Source: Thermoplasmata archaeon
Lineage (GTDB): Archaea > Thermoplasmatota > Thermoplasmata > Thermoplasmatales > GCA-001856825
Direction: 5' to 3'
DNA length: 64,000 nt
Assembly (NCBI GenBank): GCA_021792255.1
Contig: JAJYUZ010000001.1
Span: forward strand, 352,001-416,000
Positions 28,670 through 39,906 of the stretch are shown here, piece after piece. Under the pieces are notes generated by a model. It made no database searches. It was not told where the DNA came from and saw only the letters and a list, made by a program, of their open reading frames with translations. The position numbers were made by a program, and so were the translations under genes. How positions within the stretch are numbered: the stretch's first letter is position 1; the number at the start of each line of letters is the position of its first letter.

Positions 28670-28706
28670 CAGCTTTTTTGGAGGAGTCGATGTGACTCCG
28701 TACTAT

Positions 28707-28725
28707 TTCCTGACAATATTTTGTT
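28707..28725 (+). repeat. 19-bp direct repeat, copy 1 (TTCCTGACAATATTTTGTT)
   Basis: Exact match at 29767-29785. Confidence 0.8.
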
Positions 28726-28884
28726 CATCCAGACACGTTCCTGGACGTTCAAACTCTTATCCTCGTTTTGAAGTTTTCTAACTTTCTGTTTTGCTCTAGA
28801 ATGTCGGATGGAAGCCTATTAACAACATTTCTTTATCACAGCCCCTCTGACAAACATCTATATAATTCGAAGAGATTATAATTC

Positions 28885-29463
28885 GTGATAGCCGAGCTTG
28901 AAATCTTAGGGATTATCGGAACAGTTTATGTTCTCGGTGTTTTTGTGCTGTCTGTTTTGAACTTCTCCAACATAGTGAGAAGACAGTTCTTAAAAGCCTC
29001 GGCCCTATTCTTTATATTCTCTCTGATATCGATGATACTAGTCATCGTGGTAAGTTACAACACTGCATTCTTTCTTCCTCTCGTGACAGCAGAGTTTCTG
29101 CTCATGATGACTCTGTTCTATAGCTATCTGAAGTCGAACGTCTATTTTTTGTCTGCACTTGCATTAGCACCGAGCCCTTGGACGAGACTGAACCCGTATT
29201 TTGAAGACGTTGTTGTCATTCTCTCCATCTACTTCTCTCTCTACATTACTGGATCGATTCTGCAGGCTAAATCTCAAGAAAGAAAGGGGAGCACTCTAGT
29301 GATGGGATCATTCATAATGATGGATATATCTCTGGTTGTAGAAGCGTTTTACATTCTGAGTTTCAACAGTTCTTTCATGCAGATCGGTGTTTCGCTGTTC
29401 GTCATCTCCATTGTGTTGTTTCTCCTTCCATTTCTGATTGGGGGCCTATCAAAGAATGCGTAA
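28885..29463 (+). CDS. Polytopic membrane protein, function unknown
   Basis: About six to seven TM segments. Directly upstream of the wHTH gene. Confidence 0.65.
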   Translation: MIAELEILGIIGTVYVLGVFVLSVLNFSNIVRRQFLKASALFFIFSLISMILVIVVSYNTAFFLPLVTAEFLLMMTLFYSYLKSNVYFLSALALAPSPWTRLNPYFEDVVVILSIYFSLYITGSILQAKSQERKGSTLVMGSFIMMDISLVVEAFYILSFNSSFMQIGVSLFVISIVLFLLPFLIGGLSKNA

Positions 29464-29479
29464 GGGAGGGGAACCAAGG

Positions 29480-29755
29480 ATGAGAAAGAATAGAAACGAG
29501 GCTCAGATAATCTTCGAACTTCTTGAAAGCATAAACAGCGGTAACACACAAATCTCATCCCTGTTGAGAAAGGTGAACATCCCCTTCAACAAATATCAAG
29601 ATCTTATTCAACAGTTGAAAGAGAGGGATATGATCAAAACCACACAAGAGGAGAACAAGAATTCCCTGGAATTGACCCCCAAAGGTAAAGAGTTTCTGGA
29701 GCAGTACAGGAAATTCAGCAAGCTGATGGTTAGTAGTTATGGTCTGAACCTTTAG
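29480..29755 (+). CDS. Winged HTH regulator (HTH_45/COG3432-like)
   Basis: RNEAQIIFELL, VNIPF and ELTPKGKEFL. Confidence 0.8.
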   Translation: MRKNRNEAQIIFELLESINSGNTQISSLLRKVNIPFNKYQDLIQQLKERDMIKTTQEENKNSLELTPKGKEFLEQYRKFSKLMVSSYGLNL

Positions 29756-29766
29756 AATCCATTAAA

Positions 29767-29785
29767 TTCCTGACAATATTTTGTT
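29767..29785 (+). repeat. 19-bp direct repeat, copy 2
   Basis: Exact match at 28707-28725. Confidence 0.8.
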
Positions 29786-29840
29786 AGACAGCGAAAGGCA
29801 AAAGTATTTCATGATTCTGGTTATATAGTTCTCGATTATT

Positions 29841-30143
29841 ATGGTGAGCGAAGGGAGAATCGTGGAAAGTGCGACGGGACCTGTTGTAACCGCGATGGTT
29901 CATTTAAAGGCTGATACGGGTAAAATAGAGTCCATAAGCGCCAGTCTTTCGGAACTCAACTTTGTCGAAGACATTTATCTGGTGACGGGGAACTGGGATA
30001 TGATATTGAAAGTCAGATTCCCTGACGTAAATCAGATGAGAAATTTCCTGGTAAAAGAACTCAGAAAGATTGATGGAATAAAGGATTCGTACACTTCGAT
30101 GGTTATAAGCATATTCAAAGACAGGGGGGTCAAATTCCAGTGA
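29841..30143 (+). CDS. Lrp/AsnC ligand-binding domain protein (demi-FFRP)
   Basis: YLVTGNWDMILKV and LRKIDGIKDSYTSMV. Confidence 0.88.
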   Translation: MVSEGRIVESATGPVVTAMVHLKADTGKIESISASLSELNFVEDIYLVTGNWDMILKVRFPDVNQMRNFLVKELRKIDGIKDSYTSMVISIFKDRGVKFQ

Positions 30144-30431
30144 GTGATTTATATGGACGAAATGACACAGATTTTGATGGATAGCACAAAAATGCTTGAC
30201 GACTTGATCTCGGACTACTCTATACCGAGAAACATTAGAAAGAACATACAGATTGCGAAGATGAAGCTGATTCAGAATAAGGGCAACCTCGATGTAAGAG
30301 CAGCTACCTCTATTTCAACACTGGATGAGATAGTCAATGACCCTAATACCCCAGGTCATGCGAGAACCCTCATCTACACAATAATGGGCAAATTGGAGAT
30401 TCTCCAGAAGAAGGCGTCGTCACTTCACTGA
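30144..30431 (+). CDS. UPF0147 family protein
   Basis: IPRNIRK and LDEIVNDPNTPGHARTLI. Confidence 0.88.
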   Translation: MIYMDEMTQILMDSTKMLDDLISDYSIPRNIRKNIQIAKMKLIQNKGNLDVRAATSISTLDEIVNDPNTPGHARTLIYTIMGKLEILQKKASSLH

Positions 30432-30859
30432 TCCATCTTCCACTTTTTCTTCGCGACCTTCCTTACGTGTTCGATTACCTGCTCCAAGGGAGTTCCAGGA
30501 CCGAAATTCCCAGTTATGCCAAGTTTCTCCAGCCTCTTTCTGTCTGCGGGTGGTATGATCCCTCCACCGACGACCTGAATGTCACTGGCTCCGAGTTTCT
30601 TGAGCCACTTTTTCACTTCGGGGAACGCACTGAGATGCGCACTGTTGTGGAGACTCAAGGCCACAACGTCAACGTCTTCATCAACGGCAATCTTTGCTAC
30701 CTTTTCTGGCGTAGGTAGCAGTCCAGCGTACAGCACCTCCATTCCAGCATCCCTGAACGCCTTGGCCAACACCAACACCCCCCTGTCGTGGCCGTCAAGC
30801 GCAGGCTTAGCCACTAGAATTCTAATTCTTCTCTTCAGAGTATCGTTGGTTCCTTCCAT
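30425..30859 (-). CDS. Cobalamin-binding subunit of an acyl-CoA mutase
   Basis: LDGHDRG, SL and GGGIIP B12-binding motifs. Confidence 0.92.
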   Translation of the reverse strand: MEGTNDTLKRRIRILVAKPALDGHDRGVLVLAKAFRDAGMEVLYAGLLPTPEKVAKIAVDEDVDVVALSLHNSAHLSAFPEVKKWLKKLGASDIQVVGGGIIPPADRKRLEKLGITGNFGPGTPLEQVIEHVRKVAKKKWKMDQ

Positions 30860-32472
30860 CCGCCGAACACCTCCCTTCCGACATTTGTGATCTCTTCTAG
30901 AGTTGCATAATTCTTGACTGCCTCGATAATGCTCTCCATAGAATTTTCATCTCCACTGTACACCTCTTTGAGTTTTTCTAGACTCTTTTGAACCCTGTTC
31001 GAGTTCCTTTTTGCCTTCAATTCCTCCAACCTCTTCCTCTGGATTCTCTCAGCCTTGAGATCTATTTTTAGGACGTTGATAGGCTCCTCATTCTTGTTTG
31101 CAAAAGCATTTACTCCTACTATCTTTGCCTCTCCACTTTCCACTTTCCTTTGCTGTGCATACGCAGTAGCAGCAATCTCTCTCTGAAGGTACCCATTCTT
31201 GATAGCCTTCACGACACCTCCCATTCCATTGATCGTATGGAAGTACTTGTAAGCCTCTTCTTCCATCTTGTCAGTCAGGTTTTCAATATAGTAGGAACCA
31301 CCGAGGGGGTCAATTACGTCAGGAATCCCGGTTTCATAGGCCAGAATCTGCTGGGTCCTGAGTGCTACCTCCACTGCCTGTTCTGAAGGGAGAGCCCACG
31401 CTTCATCGTACGAATTCGTGTGGAGGCTCTGGGTCCCTCCCATAATCGCAGCCATCCCTTCCACCGTGGTTCTCACGATATTGTTAAGCGGCTGCTGCCA
31501 CGTGAGAGAGTATCCTGAAGTCTGGCTGTGAAATCTTAGCTTCATGGACCTGTCGTTCTTTGCTCCATACGTTTCCTTCATTTCTCTAGCCCATATCCTC
31601 CTTGCTGCACGGAATTTGGCTATCTCCTCGAAGAAATTTATAGAACTGTTGAAGAAAAAACTCAGTCTGGGTGTAAAAGAGTCTACATCCAGCCCATTTT
31701 CTATCCCAAGTTTCACGTATTCAAAACCGTCCGCTAAGGTGAAGGCTAGTTCCTGGACCGCAGAAGCTCCCGCTTCTCTTATGTGGTACCCGGAAATTGA
31801 TATGTAATTCCACTTTGGCATGCTGTTGGTGCAGTAGACCATCATGTCCCTTATTATTCTCATGTGAGCTTCTGGGGGATAGAGCCATTCTTTTTGGGCG
31901 ATATACTCTTTTAAAATATCTGCCTGGACGGTTCCAGCGAGATCTCGCTTCTTGACTCTGCCCTTCTCGCCTACCACTGCGTACATGGCAGTCAAAATGT
32001 TCGCGGGAGCATTGATCGTCATTGAAGTCGAAACCCTGTCAAGTGGGATTCCCTTGAAGATTACCTCCATGTCTTTTAGAGATGAAACGTTGACCCCGCA
32101 CTTTCCTACTTCTCCGTGTGCCCTTTCGGAGTTAGCATCGAGCCCGTAAAGGGTAGGCATGTCGAACGCGACGCTCAGTCCGGTCTCTCCCTGAGAAAGG
32201 AGCAGTTTTAGTCTCCCATTCGTGTCTTCAGGAGTGCCGAATCCCGAGAACATCCTCATCGTCCACAACTTTCCCCTGTACATGTCCTTGTGAATTCCAC
32301 GGGTGTACGGGTACTCCCCTGGGGAGGCTAGTTTCGAATCATAATTTTCCTTGAAATCTTTTGGGCCATAGAAGTCTTTTAGCTTAAATTCAGAACTGTT
32401 GGTTCTCTCTACCGCAGAAGCATTTCCTATTTCTTGTCTATATGCCCACTTGCCTTTGTTTTTTTGAGGCAT
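30835..32472 (-). CDS. Acyl-CoA mutase large subunit (methylmalonyl-CoA mutase family, isobutyryl-CoA mutase-type residues)
   Basis: PGEYPYTRG, AFDMPT, SGYHIREAG and SLHTNSYDEA. Specificity motifs are MRMFSGF and KEYIAQKEW. Confidence 0.88.
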   Translation of the reverse strand: MPQKNKGKWAYRQEIGNASAVERTNSSEFKLKDFYGPKDFKENYDSKLASPGEYPYTRGIHKDMYRGKLWTMRMFSGFGTPEDTNGRLKLLLSQGETGLSVAFDMPTLYGLDANSERAHGEVGKCGVNVSSLKDMEVIFKGIPLDRVSTSMTINAPANILTAMYAVVGEKGRVKKRDLAGTVQADILKEYIAQKEWLYPPEAHMRIIRDMMVYCTNSMPKWNYISISGYHIREAGASAVQELAFTLADGFEYVKLGIENGLDVDSFTPRLSFFFNSSINFFEEIAKFRAARRIWAREMKETYGAKNDRSMKLRFHSQTSGYSLTWQQPLNNIVRTTVEGMAAIMGGTQSLHTNSYDEAWALPSEQAVEVALRTQQILAYETGIPDVIDPLGGSYYIENLTDKMEEEAYKYFHTINGMGGVVKAIKNGYLQREIAATAYAQQRKVESGEAKIVGVNAFANKNEEPINVLKIDLKAERIQRKRLEELKAKRNSNRVQKSLEKLKEVYSGDENSMESIIEAVKNYATLEEITNVGREVFGGWKEPTIL

Positions 32473-32581
32473 CGATTACCTCATTAGTATTTATTAAAAA
32501 ATTCTTTCCTCTTTTGTCCTAAACGGTATGTCAGATTGTCAGTTACGCAATAATTAATAATTCTCCTTCAATCAGTCGCAG

Positions 32582-35236
32582 ATGAGCTCAAAAATCAACA
32601 TCGAAGGGAAGGAATTCGCCTATTTCCCTCTCAAGGACCTTGAAGCGAAGGGGTACAAAGTAGACAGTTTGCCGTACTCAACCAAAGTGCTTCTCGAAAA
32701 TCTACTCAGAAAAATGGACGGAAGGGTCGTTAAGGAGGAGCATTTGATGAAGGTAATTGAAAGGAAAAGAGAAGAAATTCCGTTCTTTCCCTCCCGAGTC
32801 ATACTTCAAGACTATACAGGAGTCCCCCTGATCGTCGACCTCATAGCGATGAGGAATGCAGCGTCAAAGATGGGAAAGGATCCCCAGAAGATCAATCCTG
32901 TGATACCGGTTCAGCTTGTAGCGGACCATTCAGTCCAAGTCGATAAGTTCGGCACGAAGTACGCTATGCTGCAAAACCTATCTCTAGAATACAAGAGGAA
33001 TGGAGAAAGGTATGCTGCCCTGAAGTGGGCACAAAATAACTTCAGGAACCTCAAAATAGTTCCTCCGGGAAATGGAATAGTTCATCAGGTAAATGTAGAA
33101 TTTCTTTCTGAAGTGGTTGCCGAAAGAGAAGGAACGCTGGTCTTGGACACCCTCATAGGAACCGACTCCCATACAACCATGGTCAACGGCATATCCGTAC
33201 TGGGGTGGGGAGTTGGGGGACTGGAGGCTGAGGCGGTGATGGTCGGTGAGCCGTCCTACATTTTAGTTCCTGAAGTCGTCGGAGTTAAACTGAAGGGCCA
33301 ACCGAAGGAAGGCGTTACCGCTACCGACATCGTATTGTCGTTGACGGAATTCCTGAGAAAGGCAAACGTGGTAGGAAAATTCGTTGAATTTTACGGAGAT
33401 GGAATAAGATATCTGAGCACACAAGACAAGACTACGATATCAAACATGTCTCCAGAGTACGGTGCTACTGTGGGATATTTTCCGTACTCCAGGAACACTT
33501 CGAGGTACCTGTCTTTGACTGGAAGAAGCCCTGAACACATCAAGATTGTCGAGAGTTACCTAAGGGAGCAGGGACTATATTATGACGGAAAGAAGAAAGA
33601 CTACGATCAGTACTTGGATTTTGATCTTTCGAGTGTCGTGCCTTCAATTGCCGGTCCATCCAATCCGGAGGACAGAATTTCTCTTTCAAGTGTTCAGACT
33701 ATCAAAAAGATAATAGAAGACAACCTGTCGAAGAATCTTAACATCAAGGAGGAAAGAAGCTTCGTTTTAAAGGTCGCTGGGAAGGAGACACAACTCAAGG
33801 ATGGTAGCGTAGTAATTGCAGCCATAACGAGTTGTACTAACACATCCAATCCGGAAGTACTGATTGGAGCGGGTCTCATAGCAAAGAGGGCAGTGGAGTT
33901 GGGACTTTCGAGGAGACCATATGTGAAAACGAGTTTCGCTCCTGGGAGTCCCGTAGTGGAAGAATATCTAAAGAAGGCAAATCTTCAGCCTTACCTAGAC
34001 GCATTGGGATTCCACATCGTCGGATACGGATGTACTACGTGCATAGGAAATTCAGGACCACTGATCTCAGAAGTGGACGAAGCCATAAAACAAAACAAGA
34101 TTTACACGGTCGCCGTATTGAGCGGAAACAGAAATTTTGAAGGAAGAATAAACCCTTCCGTCTCTGGTGCTTTTTTGGCCTCACCAATGCTGGTGGTAGC
34201 GTATTCTATTGCGGGCAGAATTGATATCGATTTCACCAATGAATCACTAGCTATCGATCCAAACGGAAATCCCGTGTTCCTCAAAGATCTATGGCCAGAA
34301 GACGATTTGATAAAGCAATACGAGGATGAATTTCTTAGCAAGAAACACTATGCAGAGAGGAAGGAAAAAATATTTGAAGGGGTCGAAGAATGGAAAAATC
34401 TTGAGATCCCTGCGGGTGCGGAGTACGCCTTCGACACAAATTCGACTTACGTGAGAGAGCCGCCGTGGTTTAACGTCTCGTCTACGCTTGTTCCAATAAA
34501 TAATGCAAGAATCCTCGCCATTTTCGGAGACAGAATCACGACCGACCACATTTCTCCAGCCGGAAGCATAGTCCAAGACATGGAAAAGTACAGGAAGATG
34601 TGGGAAGACCTCCAGAGAGGAGACACCTCCTCACTGAACCATGCGGAATCACCTGCTGCCAGATACCTGATGACAAATGGGGTATCCCCAGACGATTTTA
34701 ACTCGTTTGGCGCAAGAAGAGGAAACCATGAGGTCATGATGCGAGGAGGTTTTTCAAATCCCAAAATAAAAAATAAGATGATCGAGAGTGCTGGAGGATT
34801 CACGATCCATTATCCTGGAGGAGAGAAGATGTCTTTCTTCGATGCAGCAGAGCTCTACAAGAAGGAGAGCGTTCCTCTGGTTATTTTTGCAGGAAAGATG
34901 TATGGAGTAGGAAGCAGCAGAGACTGGGCAGCGAAAGCAACATATCTCCTGAACGTAAAAGCAGTCGTAGCTGAAAGTTTCGAGAGAATTCACCGCTCTA
35001 ATCTTACCAACATGGGTGTCATTCCGATCGAAGCAGACACGTCCCAGCTGACCCTAAAGGGAAATGAAACCATTTCCGTGGATCTCAGCAGCGTGAAGGA
35101 AGGAGGCAGCGTCACGATACTTATCAAAGGGGAAGGAGAAAAGACAGTGATCGGAAAAGTCAGGTTGGATACTGAGGCTGAAATCGAGTACTGTAAGAAC
35201 GGAAACATACTCAATTACACACTCTCGAAAATTTAA
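32582..35236 (+). CDS. acnA: Aconitate hydratase A
   Basis: LQDYTGVP, DHSVQVD, DSHTTM, AITSCTNTSNP, GCTTCIGNSG and GSSRDWAAK. Confidence 0.95.
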   Translation: MSSKINIEGKEFAYFPLKDLEAKGYKVDSLPYSTKVLLENLLRKMDGRVVKEEHLMKVIERKREEIPFFPSRVILQDYTGVPLIVDLIAMRNAASKMGKDPQKINPVIPVQLVADHSVQVDKFGTKYAMLQNLSLEYKRNGERYAALKWAQNNFRNLKIVPPGNGIVHQVNVEFLSEVVAEREGTLVLDTLIGTDSHTTMVNGISVLGWGVGGLEAEAVMVGEPSYILVPEVVGVKLKGQPKEGVTATDIVLSLTEFLRKANVVGKFVEFYGDGIRYLSTQDKTTISNMSPEYGATVGYFPYSRNTSRYLSLTGRSPEHIKIVESYLREQGLYYDGKKKDYDQYLDFDLSSVVPSIAGPSNPEDRISLSSVQTIKKIIEDNLSKNLNIKEERSFVLKVAGKETQLKDGSVVIAAITSCTNTSNPEVLIGAGLIAKRAVELGLSRRPYVKTSFAPGSPVVEEYLKKANLQPYLDALGFHIVGYGCTTCIGNSGPLISEVDEAIKQNKIYTVAVLSGNRNFEGRINPSVSGAFLASPMLVVAYSIAGRIDIDFTNESLAIDPNGNPVFLKDLWPEDDLIKQYEDEFLSKKHYAERKEKIFEGVEEWKNLEIPAGAEYAFDTNSTYVREPPWFNVSSTLVPINNARILAIFGDRITTDHISPAGSIVQDMEKYRKMWEDLQRGDTSSLNHAESPAARYLMTNGVSPDDFNSFGARRGNHEVMMRGGFSNPKIKNKMIESAGGFTIHYPGGEKMSFFDAAELYKKESVPLVIFAGKMYGVGSSRDWAAKATYLLNVKAVVAESFERIHRSNLTNMGVIPIEADTSQLTLKGNETISVDLSSVKEGGSVTILIKGEGEKTVIGKVRLDTEAEIEYCKNGNILNYTLSKI

Positions 35237-35445
35237 GAATCGAGCTTCTAGTAGTAGAGTAGATAAGAGTTTCGACTCTGACCTTCATTTCGGTCGCAGT
35301 GATTGAGCTGACAGTATTTCCACCGCTGTCATCTTTTTCATCATTGGAATGCTGCTAGGAGAAGAGATTCACATTTTAAGTACCAGGAAACGAAATTTAC
35401 AATAGGATAACGATACCGCAGTGGACTTGCCGATGGAAATTGAAG

Positions 35446-36243
35446 CTATCTCAGTCCATAAAAATCGTTATAAAAGTCCATCGAATGCTCTATCTTTTCC
35501 TTGTCAATGCCTTCTTGGATAAGCATTGCCACTCTCTTTGGGACTGAATCCGGTGGTAGGACAAAATTGGGGTTGCTTTCGTCTCCCGCAAAATCGGTCT
35601 CGAAGAAGAATCCAGCTTTTCCCCAGGGAGCCATTCTCACATTTTTTCTACCGGCAGGAACTGAAGGTATTATATCACAATTTTCAGAGAATATGGGTGC
35701 ACTAAAGTGCTTCACGACGAGAGAGTTTTTTCCGTTCTTTTTTGCCATTCTCATAATATCGCACATACCGTTTGAATCGAGTGATTCCGTGTGAAGTATG
35801 ACGGGGATGTCCTTTCCAGCTGTGCACTGGAATATGTACTCCATTATAATGTTACTTTCCACTATTATTTCGTTGGCAGTCTCAAAATGAGGTCTTCCGA
35901 CTTCACCAATCGCGTCCGCCTTTCCGTCTTCTATCAAGCTTATTGCCAGATCTATTGATTTCCTGTAGACTTCAACCGCCTTCTCTCGCCCAAACCTCTC
36001 TCTCATTTCGATATAATTTACTGGATAGGGTCCGATAGTGACCACTACCTCCAAGCCCTCTTGTCTCAGTCCTCTAGATATTGAAATCGTTTCGTCGTAT
36101 TTTTCTGCAAATTCTTCGAACGAACGGCAGTTCTCGGTCAAATTGACCAAATTAATGGAAGTTCCTCCCGCTTTTTTGAAAGTTTTTAAAAAGAAGTCCT
36201 TTGATAAAGGATTCAAGTGAACGTGGTTGTCAAATATGCTCAC
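35446..36243 (-). CDS. TatD-related metal-dependent hydrolase
   Basis: DNHVH, IGEVGRPHF, LHTE, KHF and FETDF. Confidence 0.85.
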   Translation of the reverse strand: MSIFDNHVHLNPLSKDFFLKTFKKAGGTSINLVNLTENCRSFEEFAEKYDETISISRGLRQEGLEVVVTIGPYPVNYIEMRERFGREKAVEVYRKSIDLAISLIEDGKADAIGEVGRPHFETANEIIVESNIIMEYIFQCTAGKDIPVILHTESLDSNGMCDIMRMAKKNGKNSLVVKHFSAPIFSENCDIIPSVPAGRKNVRMAPWGKAGFFFETDFAGDESNPNFVLPPDSVPKRVAMLIQEGIDKEKIEHSMDFYNDFYGLR

Positions 36244-36376
36244 TCTCGTAAATTGAGTAACTGTTTAAAATTGTATCTAAGAAAGCTCACTGATAAGATC
36301 TGAAAAGCGTTTACAATTTTGTGATCAAGATCCGACTCTCTGCAAGCTTGATATAATCGATAGGCATACGCTATAA

Positions 36377-39300
36377 ATGCTTGAGAGTAGGTTTGGTACT
36401 CTCGGAAATTTCATTAAAAAAAGATACAAAATCATAATCGTAATTTGGATCGTTGCCCTTGTGGCACTCCTTCCTTTTACCGCGCAATCCACTAGCGTCA
36501 CCAATTATAACGTAGAGTTTGGTGGTTCAAGCAAACAATCAATGTCCAACGAAGCTCAGTCGTTGATGAACAGTCAGTTCAACAGCTCGAACAATAGTTC
36601 TTCGAATGGTACCGTTGTGGTCCTGTACATAGACTCTCCATTCTACTCCAGCACATCTTATAGCATATGGAATTCTCTTAACTCTTCGTACAAGAATGAA
36701 CTCAGCAGCATTGGCGTGACCGGTATAATATCTCCGTACACAGTGGCCAATACTGTCGTAAATTCAGTCTCTAATTCCACCCTTACCATCACAATAATAT
36801 CCTCAAAGCCTCAAACGGAACTATCTCTGGCTACGACACCTTTAACAGTTCAGTCTTGAGTGTTAAGAATTTCACCTTCCAGCTAAAAACCATAGACATC
36901 TATTACAACTCGACTTATCAGAACGTATCGTTCGCGGTACAGAGCTACTCAAGCATTCTTACAAGCTATAAAAGTTTGATAAGTGGCGTCGCCAATCTGA
37001 CGTATGGTATTCCCATCGGATACTTCAACGTTTACGAACAAATTCCCTCGTCACTTTCTGTCCCTCAAAGAGACGTTGCTGCTAAGAATCAATTTCTCAA
37101 TGTGACAGGCAATCTTAGCAACAACCGGACTTCACAAAAATACTTCAATTCATTTTATACATCTTGGAACAATTCCGCCTACTTCAACTCCACAAATTCT
37201 ACTTATCTAAGACTGAACTTATCAATCGATCAAGCGTTCAGTCAGTTCAATGCTACCCTGAATCAGACTCAAAGACAGCTGTTTGATACTATTTTTTCCG
37301 GTTTTAACGTTACCTCTTACTCCAACAGTTCGACAAGGGAAAGTACGACACTTCAACTCGATTATGCACTGACGGCTCCCTATGGTGCGGGGGAGATGCA
37401 GATATTCAATGCGACTTATCAGAATTTTGTGATGAACGGGAATGGTACCCTGCTATCGGAAAATTTGACAGGATCGCTTCTGAATTCGAGGGATCCACAG
37501 ATCTCTGAATTTACGACTGCCAGCTTCAATATGACCCCTGAGGAATTTTCCGGATATTTTGTTTCATTGAAATCTATCAATAATTCGTTCGTTGAAATGC
37601 AGATCAACCGATCTCTTCTTTCATCCTCCGTAACGGAGCTCTACCAGTCCATCAATATTCCGGGTTCAGTTTTCTTTTCAGATCTATTTAACAACAATAC
37701 TATTGCATTCAGACAGTATTTTATTAATTTCACTGCATCAAGCATTGATGCGCTTGCGACCCCTCTGGATCAGAACTCTTCCCAGATGGTCTCCCGATTC
37801 CTTTCTACCGGTTCCAAAAACTCCTCCCTCTATTACTCCACTAATTTCCTCAACGATCACTTCGCCGGATACCCCTATTTTTCTTTCACAAATGCTCCTA
37901 AATTTGTCAACATGTCCATCTCTTCGAAGGGAAATGTATCTTCCATTGTCAATGGAGACTATAACGAGTCTGGAATATCTCTAAGCCCTTCCCTATTCCA
38001 ATCCCTAGTTCCGTCAGATTTTTCCGGTTACATAGTAGTGTTGCAGTTCTCCGAGTCGAGCCTGAATGGCACTCAACTGGAGACGCTGAATTCATATATT
38101 GCGAGCGTTCAGAAGAACGTCGATCCCGTGAAAATATATTTCACCAGCGGGGACGAGATCTCTCATGGAATAGAAAGCACAGCATATTCGGGACTAATGT
38201 ATTCTCTGATAATTGGTATAATAGTTTCCATATTCATAGTAGGAATTTACTTCCGATCTGTGCTACTTGCCTTCGTCCCATTGATGTTCTTCGGCGTAAG
38301 TTTCAGCATCACCCTGGGTTTGGTCTACCTAATATTTGGAGTCATAGAAAAGAGCTCTCTGTCATTCATAATTACAACACTGAGTTCCATACTGATTCTG
38401 GGTCTGAGCACAGATTACTCGGTCTACATGCTAAACAGATACATGAAAGAGAGTTCGGAAGACAAGCTCGGGACGACTGTGAAATGGGCAGGGCATGCAG
38501 TGTTCACCTCTGGAGTCACCGTCATAATATCATACATAGTTCTCGCTCTTTTCAACATACCGATCATTGGAGACGGAGGTTTTGTAAACGCTATGGGCAT
38601 CGCTGTTTCACTCGGAGTCGCGTTGACTTTACTTCCGTCGTTTATGGTCCTGTTCAAGAAGAGAATAAAGCCGAAGAAGAGGGTCGTGAATTTTGAGAAA
38701 GTAGCAAACATTAGTAGGAGACACAAGAAGGTCCTGGTAGTTATCCTTGCACTAATTTTTGTTTCGACCATCGTTGTCTACGAAACTACTCCTACTTCCT
38801 TTGATCTCTTCTCACTCATCCCAAACAATGCAGGCAAGACGGGTTACTATGAAATGACTGCGGCATTTGGCGGCGACAGCCTTTCTCCTAACTACGTGCT
38901 CTTGACGTTTCCAAACCAGATATATTCTGGCGGTCATTTCAACGAAGCTGACATAGGTATACTGAACAATGTCTCATCCGCACTGCTCAGGTACTCTGAA
39001 GTTTCTATGATAGGAACGGTGACTTATCCATTCGGCAAATTGGTCAACGTTTCGAACATCAGTGGTAGCACACTGTCCGTCAGCACCATCTTAAATCAAT
39101 CTCTATCGTACGTTGGAAAGGATGGACATACTGTCTTGATAAACGTCACTACAAAGTCAGTCTCTTATACCCAAAACGGAATAAACGAGATAGCCCACAT
39201 AGACGCCCTAATGAAACAGGTAGTCCCATCTGGAGTTACGTACCTGGTCGGAGGATCTGCCCAGGGGCTCCTGGACAGCTCGAACAGCATCGATCTCTCG

Positions 39301-39825
39301 ACATACAGAATCGTAGAAATACTCTCCATCATAGTATTCTTTGTCCTTGCGTTCCAGCTGACATCCCTCTTCACCCCGCTGCGACTCCTTTTCAACGTAG
39401 GAACATCAGCACTCCTCGCAGTATCCCTGTTCTACATAGTCTTCCATTACATCATGAACCTCCCGATCATCGTATTCGGGCCACTGTTCGTCATAGTAAC
39501 GCTATTCGGAGTAGGACTCGACTATGATATCTTCTTGGTAACGAGAACCAGAGAAGCTGTGATGAAAGGGAAGAACGACGAAGAAGCCATCGCGGAAGCA
39601 ATAAAAGAAAATGCGAGCGTAGTGCTTGTCTTGGGATTCATACTTTCAGGAGTGTTTGGGTCACTGATTTTTAGCCCAATAGGGATAATTAGTGAGATAG
39701 GGTTTTCAGTCACCATAGGTGTGCTGATAGACACCATTGTGTCTTGGCTTTTCCTGATACCTGCACTAATGCTGGTCCTCAAGAAATACAACTGGTGGCC
39801 TTCTCACATAAGACGAGACCAATAA
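36377..39825 (+). pseudogene. MMPL/RND family transporter split by one frameshift near 36775-36859
   Basis: The N-terminal TM ORF (36377-36859) and the main ORF carrying GLSTDYS, GVGLDYDIF and KYNWWP are in different frames. The second frame is open from 36775. Confidence 0.7.
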
Positions 39826-39906
39826 AATTTGAATCAAATTCTGTCGGCCTGGAACTGCAACTTGACTGAGCCAAAAGTATTTTAGGTAATGGGACATAAT
39901 TTGCAC

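Noticed and set aside
39861-39875. TTGACTGAGCCAA as a FadR-like operator
   Set aside because: Not convincingly repeated at other fatty-acid gene promoters.
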